Counted from the first letter of the stretch, positions 1-7,766 are shown. The stretch: DNA of 10,755 nt from Candidatus Bathyarchaeia archaeon (GCA_037481775.1 JBBFKZ010000032.1:1-10755); one strand, 5' to 3'. Notes: a model not told the origin generated them from the sequence alone. A program made the numbers and translations.

Positions 1-288
1 GAACTCCTTGCCCTTTCTTATCTTTTCCTCATTCTCATGAAAAAGAGCGTTAAATGATGTTACCTCTTGGTAACCAGACTGCAAGTAGGCGTCAAATGAC
101 GATTGATGCTGCGCTATGTAAGCTGTGAACTCATCATCAGTCATGACCTGGTACCCTAGCGACTCAAAGTAAGGGACCGATTGATCGTCCGAAAAGTAAA
201 TCGACTCTTTAACCCATTCTAGCGGAGGGTTACCGCTTTTTTGCCTCTCTTCTGCCGACACTGAGGACCAAAGTTTAACTGCTCTCAT
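1..288 (-). CDS. Hypothetical phage protein, 3'-truncated at the window edge (not in the ORF track)
   Basis: ATG at 288, 14 nt after the stop of the 303..788 gene. My manual translation is open to base 1: MRAVKLWSSVSAEERQKSGNPPLEWVKESIYFSDDQSVPYFESLGYQVMTDDEFTAYIAQHQSSFDAYLQSGYQEVTSFNALFHENEEKIRKGKEF... Same strand as the operon. Confidence 0.75.
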   Translation of the reverse strand, partial: MRAVKLWSSVSAEERQKSGNPPLEWVKESIYFSDDQSVPYFESLGYQVMTDDEFTAYIAQHQSSFDAYLQSGYQEVTSFNALFHENEEKIRKGKEF

Positions 289-302
289 AAAAAACTCTTT
301 TG

Positions 303-788
303 TTATGTTACCGTGTTTAGCCAAAAAACACCAAATGGTCGATTAAATGAGCCTGATGCAACATAAACTTCTAACCGGCTCAATGCGGGCTGGGCTGGAA
401 GAGTTAATCCAACGGCCGCCACCTGAGTTTGTGCAGAAAAATTAATGGTAACAATAATGGTGTTCGTAGTTATGTTTCGTATGGCTATGCTACCAGTAGC
501 CGCAGCCGTTGCGCCGAAAGAATAAGCAACAATCCTTGACGCCTCAGGCAAAATGAGCGGTGCGACATTGGAGGCAAGGCCGGACCATATCTGAAGCCTT
601 ACATTTGCGTTTGTGTTACCGTTTCTACTGCAAAAAACCGGGTATCTGTCATTGTTTATAGAATCCTGCTTTGACTCGATAATCGCATTGAAAACATCTG
701 TCGAACTAATACCTGCAGCAATAGCCGCTGGGTTCGTAGCGTCAAAAGGCGTCTGAAAAGCGTCCTGAGTTCTTCCAAAAATAATCAT
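303..788 (-). CDS. Putative virion structural protein (fibre/spike-like, beta-rich C-terminal domain), 161 aa
   Basis: ATGA overlap with the stop of the upstream gene. N-terminal 'ISSTDVFNAIIE' resembles the (S/T)xVxxA(I/L)xE stalk motif of phage fibres. The remainder is A/T/S/V/I-rich with alternating beta pattern. Function is inferred. Confidence 0.7.
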   Translation of the reverse strand: MIIFGRTQDAFQTPFDATNPAAIAAGISSTDVFNAIIESKQDSINNDRYPVFCSRNGNTNANVRLQIWSGLASNVAPLILPEASRIVAYSFGATAAATGSIAIRNITTNTIIVTINFSAQTQVAAVGLTLPAQPALSRLEVYVASGSFNRPFGVFWLNTVT

Positions 789-1120
789 GATTGCCCGAAG
801 TTAATAATCACCTCATACTTAACCCCAGCGGTGTTACCCCTTAGTAACACTTGCTTTATATCATTTCCACTAGAATCTTTTTTCGGAATCCATCCTACAT
901 ACTCTCCGACAGCAAGCCCCATCCAATTAGCCCCGCCATTCAAGCTAAACTCAAGCCTTCTTGTGTTTGGTGATTGCTGTGGGCAGCGGATTAAAAAAGC
1001 GTCAATAGAACGAAAAGGCGAATTCGGGACAGGTATAGGTGTTACCCCGACAGTTCCACTATACTGTCGGGTTTCTCCTAGTTCATCCGTTGTTTCGAAT
1101 TCAGGGATTATGTCAGCCAT
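785..1120 (-). CDS. Hypothetical small beta-sandwich virion protein, 111 aa
   Basis: ATG preceded by GGTGG; overlaps the stop of the upstream gene. Motif LEFSLNGGANWMGLAVGEYV resembles a segment of the 3224..3577 protein. Confidence 0.75.
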   Translation of the reverse strand: MADIIPEFETTDELGETRQYSGTVGVTPIPVPNSPFRSIDAFLIRCPQQSPNTRRLEFSLNGGANWMGLAVGEYVGWIPKKDSSGNDIKQVLLRGNTAGVKYEVIINFGQS

Positions 1121-1532
1121 TTTCCACCGATAATGCAGTTATTGATAAGCTAGCCACATCGCCAGCGTATGGCACATGATACTGCCTATAAACTACCGTG
1201 AGAACATCTCCGCCGTTAAAAACTAACCCGTTAATGTGCGGCGAACCAATGTGTTTGCGAGAAGTTGATTGTCCAACAATAACCGACCAAGAAAAAACAC
1301 AAGTAGACCCACTAAACACAGTAAAAGTCGGTGTTATAGTAAATCCAGAAGGTAGCCCCATACTAAAGATGCTGGCATTTATGTTTACCACATAATATGG
1401 TGACGTTGAAGGCAAAGCAATATTGCTTGAAGTTGCACTATTAAAGGCCATCGAGGCCATGTTGATGCTCACTCTTGCGTAGAAGGCGTTATGGCTGAAA
1501 TAAGACTGTCGTCTTAGTCCTAATGTAGCCAT
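1113..1532 (-). CDS. Hypothetical beta-rich protein (member of the low-GC paralog cassette)
   Basis: ATG at 1532 in a TGATG overlap with the upstream stop (track start 1535 is TTG). S/T/V/F-rich; LVFNGGDVLTV matches the L-x-x-G-D-x-L segment of its neighbours. Confidence 0.7.
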   Translation of the reverse strand: MATLGLRRQSYFSHNAFYARVSINMASMAFNSATSSNIALPSTSPYYVVNINASIFSMGLPSGFTITPTFTVFSGSTCVFSWSVIVGQSTSRKHIGSPHINGLVFNGGDVLTVVYRQYHVPYAGDVASLSITALSVENG

Positions 1533-1861
1533 CAAGGAACCCCGAACAATGCACCAATGATACCAATGTTTATAACTCTGCCTGATTGGGCAGAACCGCT
1601 TGCTGCGACAGCTAAAGTTTCGTTTGCCTGAAGAAATAAGGATATCACGCCGTAAAAGTTTCTACTTTGAGAACCTATTGTTATTGATGATGTAAAAGAA
1701 TTTCCAGTAATGTAAATAAAAGCCGTTACCTTAGCGATGCGACTTGCTGGCACTGTATATGTTACCGAACGGTTAAATGATGAACTAGTTACCACAGAGT
1801 CAACATTGTAAATCGTTGAAACAAAAACCGTCTCTTTTGGTACATCAAAAAAAGTTGCCAA
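1532..1861 (-). CDS. Hypothetical beta-rich protein with YTVP motif (paralog cassette), 109 aa
   Basis: TTG start directly after the upstream TAA, preceded by GAAGGGGG. Contains YTVPASRIAKV and FLQANETL. Confidence 0.72.
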   Translation of the reverse strand: MATFFDVPKETVFVSTIYNVDSVVTSSSFNRSVTYTVPASRIAKVTAFIYITGNSFTSSITIGSQSRNFYGVISLFLQANETLAVAASGSAQSGRVINIGIIGALFGVP

Positions 1862-2299
1862 TTACGCCCCCTTCATCAAAAATCCATTTATCAAAATGCC
1901 TACCCTACCCCCGTTAGGTGCGCTATACGGACCTTGATAAACAAAATTGGCCGTAATGGTATCACCCGACCTTAAAAATAAATCGTCTGTTTTATAAAAG
2001 AAAGAATTAGTCATGTGGTAATTCTCTGTCCTAGAGTATGTATTGGAAAACAAAACGATGCCGTTTATTGATAGTTTATGCTGTGATGAGGAATTCGCAA
2101 GTGTATAGTAACTTAGGATATAATAAACAAAAGATACTGACAGAAAAGCATAATCGGCCGTATTTGGCACACTATAGTTTAGTTGTATGTTTGCTACATA
2201 TACACCACTTTGTAAGGAAGTAACCCCAGATGTGAAGCTATTTACTCGTCCGACGATTATTGGTTGTTGAAAAGCTTGCCCTGTATGGTAAATAGCCAT
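1862..2299 (-). CDS. Hypothetical beta-rich protein with YSVP motif (paralog cassette)
   Basis: ATG at 2299 in a TAATG overlap with the upstream stop (preferred over the track start at 2308). Contains NYSVPNTADYAFL, LSINGIVLF and FLRSGDTI. Confidence 0.72.
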   Translation of the reverse strand: MAIYHTGQAFQQPIIVGRVNSFTSGVTSLQSGVYVANIQLNYSVPNTADYAFLSVSFVYYILSYYTLANSSSQHKLSINGIVLFSNTYSRTENYHMTNSFFYKTDDLFLRSGDTITANFVYQGPYSAPNGGRVGILINGFLMKGA

Positions 2300-2643
2300 T
2301 AAAACCACTCCGATATATTAGCGAAAAAAAAATCCGTTGAGTTTTGGTCCGACGAAAAACTCATAGATTGTCCACCGCTTAGGGTTAACTGATTAACTAT
2401 TTTCACAGGACAGCTTTTCTCAATTAAAAAAATTTGGTATGCCCAAAAACTGTCGTCAAAAATCGTTATTCCATTCACTAAAACTGAAGTCCAACCCCCT
2501 ACTGCATTGCCCCATATGTCTATAAAAGCTACCCTACCAGAAGGCACTGTATAGTTTATGACAAAAGAACCACCTACTATAGAAGCAAAAATAGTGAAGC
2601 ACCTTCTTTCAGTTATTTTTTGGTAACTCTTTGAGTAAATCAT
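2299..2643 (-). CDS. Hypothetical beta-rich protein with YTVP motif (paralog cassette)
   Basis: ATG at 2643 lies 1 nt after the upstream TGA (alternative TTG start at 2655). Contains NYTVPSGRVAFI, VLVNGITIF and LTLSGGQSM. Confidence 0.72.
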   Translation of the reverse strand: MIYSKSYQKITERRCFTIFASIVGGSFVINYTVPSGRVAFIDIWGNAVGGWTSVLVNGITIFDDSFWAYQIFLIEKSCPVKIVNQLTLSGGQSMSFSSDQNSTDFFFANISEWF

Positions 2644-2644
2644 A

Positions 2645-3193
2645 TCATTCTGCAAACTCTAAGGCAGAAATGTTACCACGAAAGTCGCTAGCTTTTTGCA
2701 AGTTTTTAGCTCTCAAAGTAAGCTTTTGCGTCCCGGTAGCGCCGCTTGTTACCTCATACTCTCCACCATCCCAAGTGAAGGTGAATTGACCGGGACCAAC
2801 AAGGAATGAGCCAATGATTGTTGATACGGTGTCATTTTGCTGCACGATTTCAAAAATCGCCTCACGAAAGCATGAGCCCGTAGCCTTGATGCGGCCATAG
2901 GTCTTGTTTTGCGCTAAGGTAACCTCAGCAACGGTAACATTCGTTAAACTTCCAGGAACGGGCCCGTTACTTGATGCGCTTAAACTTACACCTGCGCCTT
3001 GAAGGTCAACGGGAAGCTTACCTTCTGGAGTAAGTGTGGGCAGGACAAGCTGTCCGCTGTGCGTTTTGAACGCAAAGCCAACAAGTCCAGTTTTTGCCGC
3101 CGCAGCATCCCCCGCTTGCGCCGCCGTTAACGCTCTCCCCTCGTCGGTAACCTCATCAACCAAAACCGGAAAAACTTCTCTTACATCTGCCAT
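2645..3193 (-). CDS. Probable abundant virion structural protein (candidate capsid decoration/cement protein), 182 aa
   Basis: Strong SD AAGGAGG; the 15-nt initiation region is identical to that of the major capsid gene. GC content resembles the capsid gene. Ala-rich N-terminal arm followed by a beta-rich domain. Confidence 0.8.
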   Translation of the reverse strand: MADVREVFPVLVDEVTDEGRALTAAQAGDAAAAKTGLVGFAFKTHSGQLVLPTLTPEGKLPVDLQGAGVSLSASSNGPVPGSLTNVTVAEVTLAQNKTYGRIKATGSCFREAIFEIVQQNDTVSTIIGSFLVGPGQFTFTWDGGEYEVTSGATGTQKLTLRAKNLQKASDFRGNISALEFAE

Positions 3194-3205
3194 AAAATCC
3201 TCCTT
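3191..3205 (-). promoter_or_regulatory. Ribosome-binding site plus start codon AAGGAGGATTTTATG (copy 2)
   Basis: Plus strand cataaaatcctcctt at 3191-3205 is identical to 4641-4655. Confidence 0.85.
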
Positions 3206-3206
3206 G

Positions 3207-3224
3207 ATTTTTTAGCTAAAAAAT
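3207..3224. repeat. 18-bp perfect palindrome ATTTTTTAGCTAAAAAAT
   Basis: Read directly; fills the gap between the stop of the 3224..3577 gene and the SD of the 2645..3193 gene. Low complexity. Confidence 0.6.
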
Positions 3225-3577
3225 TAAGATAACACCTCTATAGTAACACTGTTACCTTTACTAGAGTCAAAGTTTTTCAAAAAAAACGCACTGTCAAAAG
3301 TAACATCAACCCATCCACCAATACCAACCTTGGTCCACTCAACACCATCTCGTGAGTAACCCCAGCGAATAGCTTTCTGTGAAACTAACCTAAGCCTTTT
3401 TTGACTATTAGTAGTTATTGTTACCATCTCGTTTGGTAACATGGATAAATTATCTATTGACTCAACGCTTAACTGCTTTTGCGTAGAAACTACCTCAACC
3501 GCCGCCTCGTTTGGCCTAGTCGGAGAGCCAACAAACTTAGAAAACTCTAGGTCCTTAATGTTACTAGGCTTCCCCAT
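3224..3577 (-). CDS. Hypothetical small virion-associated protein
   Basis: SD GAGGT ahead of GTG(3580)/ATG(3577); overlaps the upstream gene. WGYSRDGVEWTKVGIGGWV resembles a segment of the 785..1120 protein. Confidence 0.72.
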   Translation of the reverse strand: MGKPSNIKDLEFSKFVGSPTRPNEAAVEVVSTQKQLSVESIDNLSMLPNEMVTITTNSQKRLRLVSQKAIRWGYSRDGVEWTKVGIGGWVDVTFDSAFFLKNFDSSKGNSVTIEVLS

Positions 3578-3782
3578 CACTAGACCTCAAATCGTTTTCT
3601 AAGGTGTCGTAGTAGAACGCTACCCAAAAAGAATCTTTGCCTTCAGTAACACGCTGGATTGAAAAATAATTTACAAAACCACCAAGTTTTATGTTGTTCT
3701 TCAAACAAGCAAGGCGAAGCCCCGCAAGGGACCTCGCCTTAATAAAGTTTGGAACCTTTCTTAAATCGTTTTCTAAAAACAC
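3564..3782 (-). CDS. Hypothetical protein immediately after the major capsid gene, 72 aa
   Basis: GTG start 15 nt after the capsid stop; fills the gap in the operon exactly. No clear SD. Confidence 0.65.
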   Translation of the reverse strand: MFLENDLRKVPNFIKARSLAGLRLACLKNNIKLGGFVNYFSIQRVTEGKDSFWVAFYYDTLENDLRSSDGEA

Positions 3783-3783
3783 G

Positions 3784-3798
3784 GTAACACTATGTTAC
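3784..3798. repeat. Inverted repeat GTAACA-CTA-TGTTAC made of two motif copies, filling the gap after the capsid gene
   Basis: Plus strand ggtaacactatgttac at 3783-3798. Confidence 0.6.
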
Positions 3799-4643
3799 TA
3801 TGTTCCGGACACTTTGGCAATTAAACCGGACTTACCACTCAATGTAAGTGTGCCTTGGTCAATTTGAAGAGCTTTAACGCCGAAAAGCTGGTCCATAGCT
3901 TCCAAAACGGCAGTGGTTCCATATTCAATAGCTGGTTGACTTGCATAGTTTGGTGCTTGCTGGAAGCCAATAGCTACCCCGCTTTTTTCCCACATGAATA
4001 TTTCATCGTTTTGCAAAGCGGAATGAACAATTACAGGCATTCCATACAAGCGGCCAATCACGCCCTGAGGAACTACGGCTTGGCCATACATATCCGCACG
4101 GCTAAACTCCGCTACTTGCAAAAGCTGAGCCTCCATTTCAGGGGATGCAACAATTACGCATTGGTCGAGCATAGCCTCATTGCGTCGCAAGAAAGAGCGT
4201 GCCTCTAAAATTTTATCGCGTAATGCGGTAGCGGTAGCAACGAAACCAGCGTTACCCTTCACTTCCGTGTATATTTGCGCATCGACATAGCGTCCATGAG
4301 CGGCAGCGGCACGGCGAGCAAACTCAATTCGAGCATCGACGCTTGTTTGGATTGCATCCGCACCATCAATCAACCAAGAAACATAAGCGTTGTGGTTGAG
4401 TGTCAATGTATCAAGCGATGCATTGAGCGATTGAGGAACGCCAGCGGTTGCGGAAGTTCGGTTTACTACCGTAAACGAAGTTAGCTTAGGAAAGCTAATC
4501 TGGCGAGCCCCTTTCACGGCAAAAGCCGAAACATCGGTAACATAAGCCGCGAGCACGGCATTATGCTTCAACTCTTTTTGAACTGCGGCAGCGATGATTT
4601 GCTGCTTGGTAACACTTAACTCGGTGTGGCCTGTAATTGGCAT
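3798..4643 (-). CDS. Major capsid protein (HK97 fold), 281 aa
   Basis: Follows the scaffold gene; strongest SD in the window. Typical capsid pattern: G-x-x-I-x-FP, TLTLN, IDxxDxIQT, AAAAHGRYVD, IVASPE...LL, GVIGRLYGMPVIVHSAL. Confidence 0.9.
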   Translation of the reverse strand: MPITGHTELSVTKQQIIAAAVQKELKHNAVLAAYVTDVSAFAVKGARQISFPKLTSFTVVNRTSATAGVPQSLNASLDTLTLNHNAYVSWLIDGADAIQTSVDARIEFARRAAAAHGRYVDAQIYTEVKGNAGFVATATALRDKILEARSFLRRNEAMLDQCVIVASPEMEAQLLQVAEFSRADMYGQAVVPQGVIGRLYGMPVIVHSALQNDEIFMWEKSGVAIGFQQAPNYASQPAIEYGTTAVLEAMDQLFGVKALQIDQGTLTLSGKSGLIAKVSGT

Positions 4644-4655
4644 AAAATCCTCCTT
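4641..4655 (-). promoter_or_regulatory. Ribosome-binding site plus start codon AAGGAGGATTTTATG (copy 1, capsid gene)
   Basis: Canonical SD AAGGAGG, 5 nt before the ATG. Confidence 0.85.
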
Positions 4656-4660
4656 ATTAT

Positions 4661-5275
4661 TTATTCTTTAATACTTTTAGCTAAAGCCCTAAGTTCATCC
4701 CAACTTAAGTCCTCTAGCTTTTTTGTTCCGACCATGGACGCATCGGTAACAAAAGGTGTGGCACTAGGAACTTGTGGCTTTTTTTGTTCGAAAAACCAAG
4801 GCTTCTCCTTGGCCAAAGCCTCAAGCTTCGCCTTTAGCTGCTGCTGATTGACGGTGAAATCCTCGGTAACCTCAATATCGGAAAAGTCAGCCACTCGCAA
4901 AACATCCTGCACGGCTTCCTTTCTAACACCGACATCTTGGGCCACCTGCTTGACCGATTCCTCAAAGACGCGGCGTGCAAAAGTCGAAACCACGTTATTC
5001 AAACGCTCGTCCTTTTCACGCAAGGTCTTCTCAAGTAACTCTGCCTTCTCCTTCCACCGTCCCTGCTCGGCTAAACGCTGCTGCTCTTCGGCTTCCTTTT
5101 GCGCCAAAAGTTCGTTCAGCTTAGCCTTTAACGCCTTTACCTCCCCTACCGCACGGCGGTAAGTATCGTAGGCCACAAAATCCTTTTTTTGCTCCTCTTG
5201 CCCCTTTTCTTCGGTAACAGCTCCGCTGGAGTCTGCTACTTGAGCCACTGGCTCGGTAACTTCGTTTTGCGCCAT
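4661..5275 (-). CDS. Capsid scaffolding protein, 204 aa
   Basis: Directly upstream of the capsid gene. Acidic disordered N-terminus, long E/K/Q/A coiled coil, 'LAKEKPWFF' followed by a Pro-rich linker and a short C-terminal helix. SD GGAGGGG. Confidence 0.8.
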   Translation of the reverse strand: MAQNEVTEPVAQVADSSGAVTEEKGQEEQKKDFVAYDTYRRAVGEVKALKAKLNELLAQKEAEEQQRLAEQGRWKEKAELLEKTLREKDERLNNVVSTFARRVFEESVKQVAQDVGVRKEAVQDVLRVADFSDIEVTEDFTVNQQQLKAKLEALAKEKPWFFEQKKPQVPSATPFVTDASMVGTKKLEDLSWDELRALAKSIKE

Positions 5276-5276
5276 G

Positions 5277-5834
5277 TTATCCCCTCCTTGTTAATTTTGA
5301 AATTGTTACCCTATAATAGTCAACTAATCGTTTGACAAGCTGTGATTGAAGCTTTTCTCTTATTCCAATAAACTGATACTTCTCATCCAGTATCCTAGAA
5401 AGCTCGTCATTGGTAACTTTGCTTTTTAGTGTTACCACGCCCTTTTTACCCTGATAGCGGTAAGGCCTACGGCTACCAGCAAATTGATAGGTAACCTCAA
5501 ATGAGGATACACCATTTCCTCGTATCTTGTAGGATAAAGAATCCAAAAGCTGTCCACTTAAACTAATATTCGACTTTTTGGGAGTAACATATGAAGGCGC
5601 GCCTTGAAATGATATGATTTTTTCTCTCGTTTCAATCCACCTTTCGGTCAAAGGCTTTAGACGCTTTCCAGTAACAACGCTTTTACCAGAACGGGTAACC
5701 CCCCTTATATCATCAACAACCGCCTGCGCTAGCTCGTTTTTGAAACCGCTATCCTTGACCACCTGCTCCACCGCACGCCTTGCAGCATCTGACAATCGCT
5801 TAATGGCGGAAGTATCAAATTCAACTTTGAACAT
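5277..5834 (-). CDS. Putative virion morphogenesis/neck protein (Mu gpG or HK97 gp10-like), 185 aa
   Basis: Basic protein with GKRLKPLTERWIETR and NISLSGQLLDSL (compare LxxTGxLxxSI), ending in FIGI. Lies in the head module. Confidence 0.6.
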   Translation of the reverse strand: MFKVEFDTSAIKRLSDAARRAVEQVVKDSGFKNELAQAVVDDIRGVTRSGKSVVTGKRLKPLTERWIETREKIISFQGAPSYVTPKKSNISLSGQLLDSLSYKIRGNGVSSFEVTYQFAGSRRPYRYQGKKGVVTLKSKVTNDELSRILDEKYQFIGIREKLQSQLVKRLVDYYRVTISKLTRRG

Positions 5835-5843
5835 ATCATTATT

Positions 5844-6449
5844 TCACTTGATGAGCTTCACAAGCTTTTTAAGGCTTTGCAACTCACCTAAAACCTTCAG
5901 CGCATCCTTTGGGCTTGGTAACCTTGCAGTGTCATCCGAAAAAGACCTTTGAACCTCTTGATTTTTTTCTGCCGTTTCTTGCTCAATCAGAGAACGAAAC
6001 CTTCTGGCTACTTTTTCGAACTCGTCCTTGGTAACACCAAAAAAAGGACGAACAGGAAGAGGCCCCTCACCATACTGGCCCGTTTGGTGGCCGTGAGCCT
6101 TTGGCGCATTCTCATCATTGATGCTAAGCATCGGTAACCCATCACTACTCACCCCAATATCGATTGAGCGCATCATGTCGCCAGTAAGCCTCATGTTTAC
6201 CGGCCTTGGCTTTTTGCCATAGGCCTTAAAATCCGCTGAATTTTGGTAGCCCTTCGAGTAAACATTCGGAGAGAACGGTTCGTTACCAAGGCCCCTGCCC
6301 TTTGAAACCCGCTTTTCAATATACTCACGCAATGCGTAGGCTATTTCATAAGCCGTATCACGGCTAACACTGCCGCCTATCCACGCCTTCGGAATAACTT
6401 GCGTCAACTCCTCTTCGGTAACCTTGAGGCCTAACTTCTTATCGCGCAT
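5844..6449 (-). CDS. Phage virion morphogenesis protein (Mu gpG/P2 gpS-like), 201 aa
   Basis: Family signature segments VNMRLTGDMMRSI, KAHGHQTG and PLPVRPFFGV. Overlaps the portal stop. Confidence 0.72.
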   Translation of the reverse strand: MRDKKLGLKVTEEELTQVIPKAWIGGSVSRDTAYEIAYALREYIEKRVSKGRGLGNEPFSPNVYSKGYQNSADFKAYGKKPRPVNMRLTGDMMRSIDIGVSSDGLPMLSINDENAPKAHGHQTGQYGEGPLPVRPFFGVTKDEFEKVARRFRSLIEQETAEKNQEVQRSFSDDTARLPSPKDALKVLGELQSLKKLVKLIK

Positions 6450-7737
6450 CTGGTAGCCCTCTTAATACCTCGTCAAGGATACGCCTTGCCTCCTGCTCTC
6501 CTACCCCACGATAACGCATGATGGCTTCTGCGTCTGTGATTAGGCCAGCCTCTTTTTCCTTCATAATTAGTTCTAATTTGTCATGCTCGGTCATAACGGA
6601 ATCTGGTTTTTGAAACTCAATAACCATTCTAGCTTCATTGCTAATTGCTCCAGTGACAATGCCTAGGTTACTAGCCTTCTCCAGTAGCACATAAAACAAA
6701 TTCTCCTCAGCTTTTTTGAACACGCTAAAGTCGGACTCGGAGGCCTCGAACCTGTCAATCATTGCAAGCAATCGGTCCATGCCGGACGCGTACTCAGACG
6801 ATACCCCTTGTGTGTTAATTGCTTTGGGGTTTAGACCTCGCGACGTGAGGAATGCTGAAAGCGTTGAACGTAAAAATTCAAGTGATCCAGCTAGGTCTGG
6901 ACTTGGATTTGCGAAGCCAAATTCAGTATCAACCGGATTGTTTGGGTCTACTGGTAACAATAAAATGCTATTCGGACCAATTTTTAAGTTTTCAGGCAAC
7001 AGATTGCGTGGCCCCTTCAAGTATGCTTGAGCAAATCCTTGCATCCTAACAATGTTAGCTACATCGCTTAGCAAAGCGTTAAATTGAATCGTAAAATCGG
7101 TAACACTCAATCCACCTTGTGGCCAGTAGCTGTCCGAAAAAGGCTTTTTGATCGGGATGATTGGGAGCGTGAACGGCTCGTCGGTAGCAATTAAGTTCTG
7201 GGTAACCTCACCGTCCTTGTCGTAAGTCCTAATATATGACGGCGCATACTCAATCCATCCTTCGCCGTAGCGCATAATGTATGACCTAGCAACAGATGCA
7301 TCCAATGGGTCTATGGTAACATGAAGCTGATGCGCTTTTAGCGGTAACACTCGCAAGCCTTGCTCATCCTCTTTCACGAATAAATGAGTTATACCTTGAA
7401 GTTTGAAGTAGCGGTTGGCTTCGGCCATCACATCATTGACAAAAAGCGAATCGTAAAGCTTTAACATGGCCTCTGCCTGCACCTCACTTAAGCCGTTAAA
7501 ACTTCGGCGTGGGGCCTTTCGATAGATTGAAGCCTCGGTGTCCACTATGCGCCTGGCAAGATTGACGCAAGTAAGCAAAGGCACATCCTCAATCGTTCTT
7601 TTTGAATAAAAGCGGCTTAGGTAACCTTTGACATGAGGCTCCAAGTTTTCGTTGTAAATATCGAACTGCGCCTTTGATACCTTAATGCGCTGCGCCTCAT
7701 CTAAAGAGGCCAGTAACTCTTTCAAGCTATTCATCAT
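6439..7737 (-). CDS. Portal protein (possibly SPP1 gp6-like), 432 aa
   Basis: Directly follows the terminase large subunit. Size and helical character fit. Segments NLARRIVD, ASGMD and GLITDAEAIMRY resemble SPP1-type portals. SD AAGGAG/GGGGG. Confidence 0.82.
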   Translation of the reverse strand: MMNSLKELLASLDEAQRIKVSKAQFDIYNENLEPHVKGYLSRFYSKRTIEDVPLLTCVNLARRIVDTEASIYRKAPRRSFNGLSEVQAEAMLKLYDSLFVNDVMAEANRYFKLQGITHLFVKEDEQGLRVLPLKAHQLHVTIDPLDASVARSYIMRYGEGWIEYAPSYIRTYDKDGEVTQNLIATDEPFTLPIIPIKKPFSDSYWPQGGLSVTDFTIQFNALLSDVANIVRMQGFAQAYLKGPRNLLPENLKIGPNSILLLPVDPNNPVDTEFGFANPSPDLAGSLEFLRSTLSAFLTSRGLNPKAINTQGVSSEYASGMDRLLAMIDRFEASESDFSVFKKAEENLFYVLLEKASNLGIVTGAISNEARMVIEFQKPDSVMTEHDKLELIMKEKEAGLITDAEAIMRYRGVGEQEARRILDEVLRGLPDAR

Positions 7738-7766
7738 ATCCCCCGCTCCTTGGGTTTTTTAATGAA

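Noticed and set aside
221-242. Plus-strand AGCGG-N7-CCGCT followed by a T-run, terminator-like
   Set aside because: Only a 5-bp stem, inside a minus-strand CDS, with no plus-strand gene to terminate.
1113-2643. Diversity-generating retroelement or shufflon acting on the paralog cassette
   Set aside because: No ~100-bp template/variable repeat pair with adenine-specific mismatches, no reverse transcriptase or invertase, and no inverted gene copies in the window. Shared DNA is only 11-15 bp.
1-3782. Stop-codon reassignment or frameshifts fragmenting one long fibre gene into small ORFs
   Set aside because: The ORFs switch frame with overlapping stop/start pairs, several have their own SD, all three stop codons are used, and the core genes are full length in the standard code.
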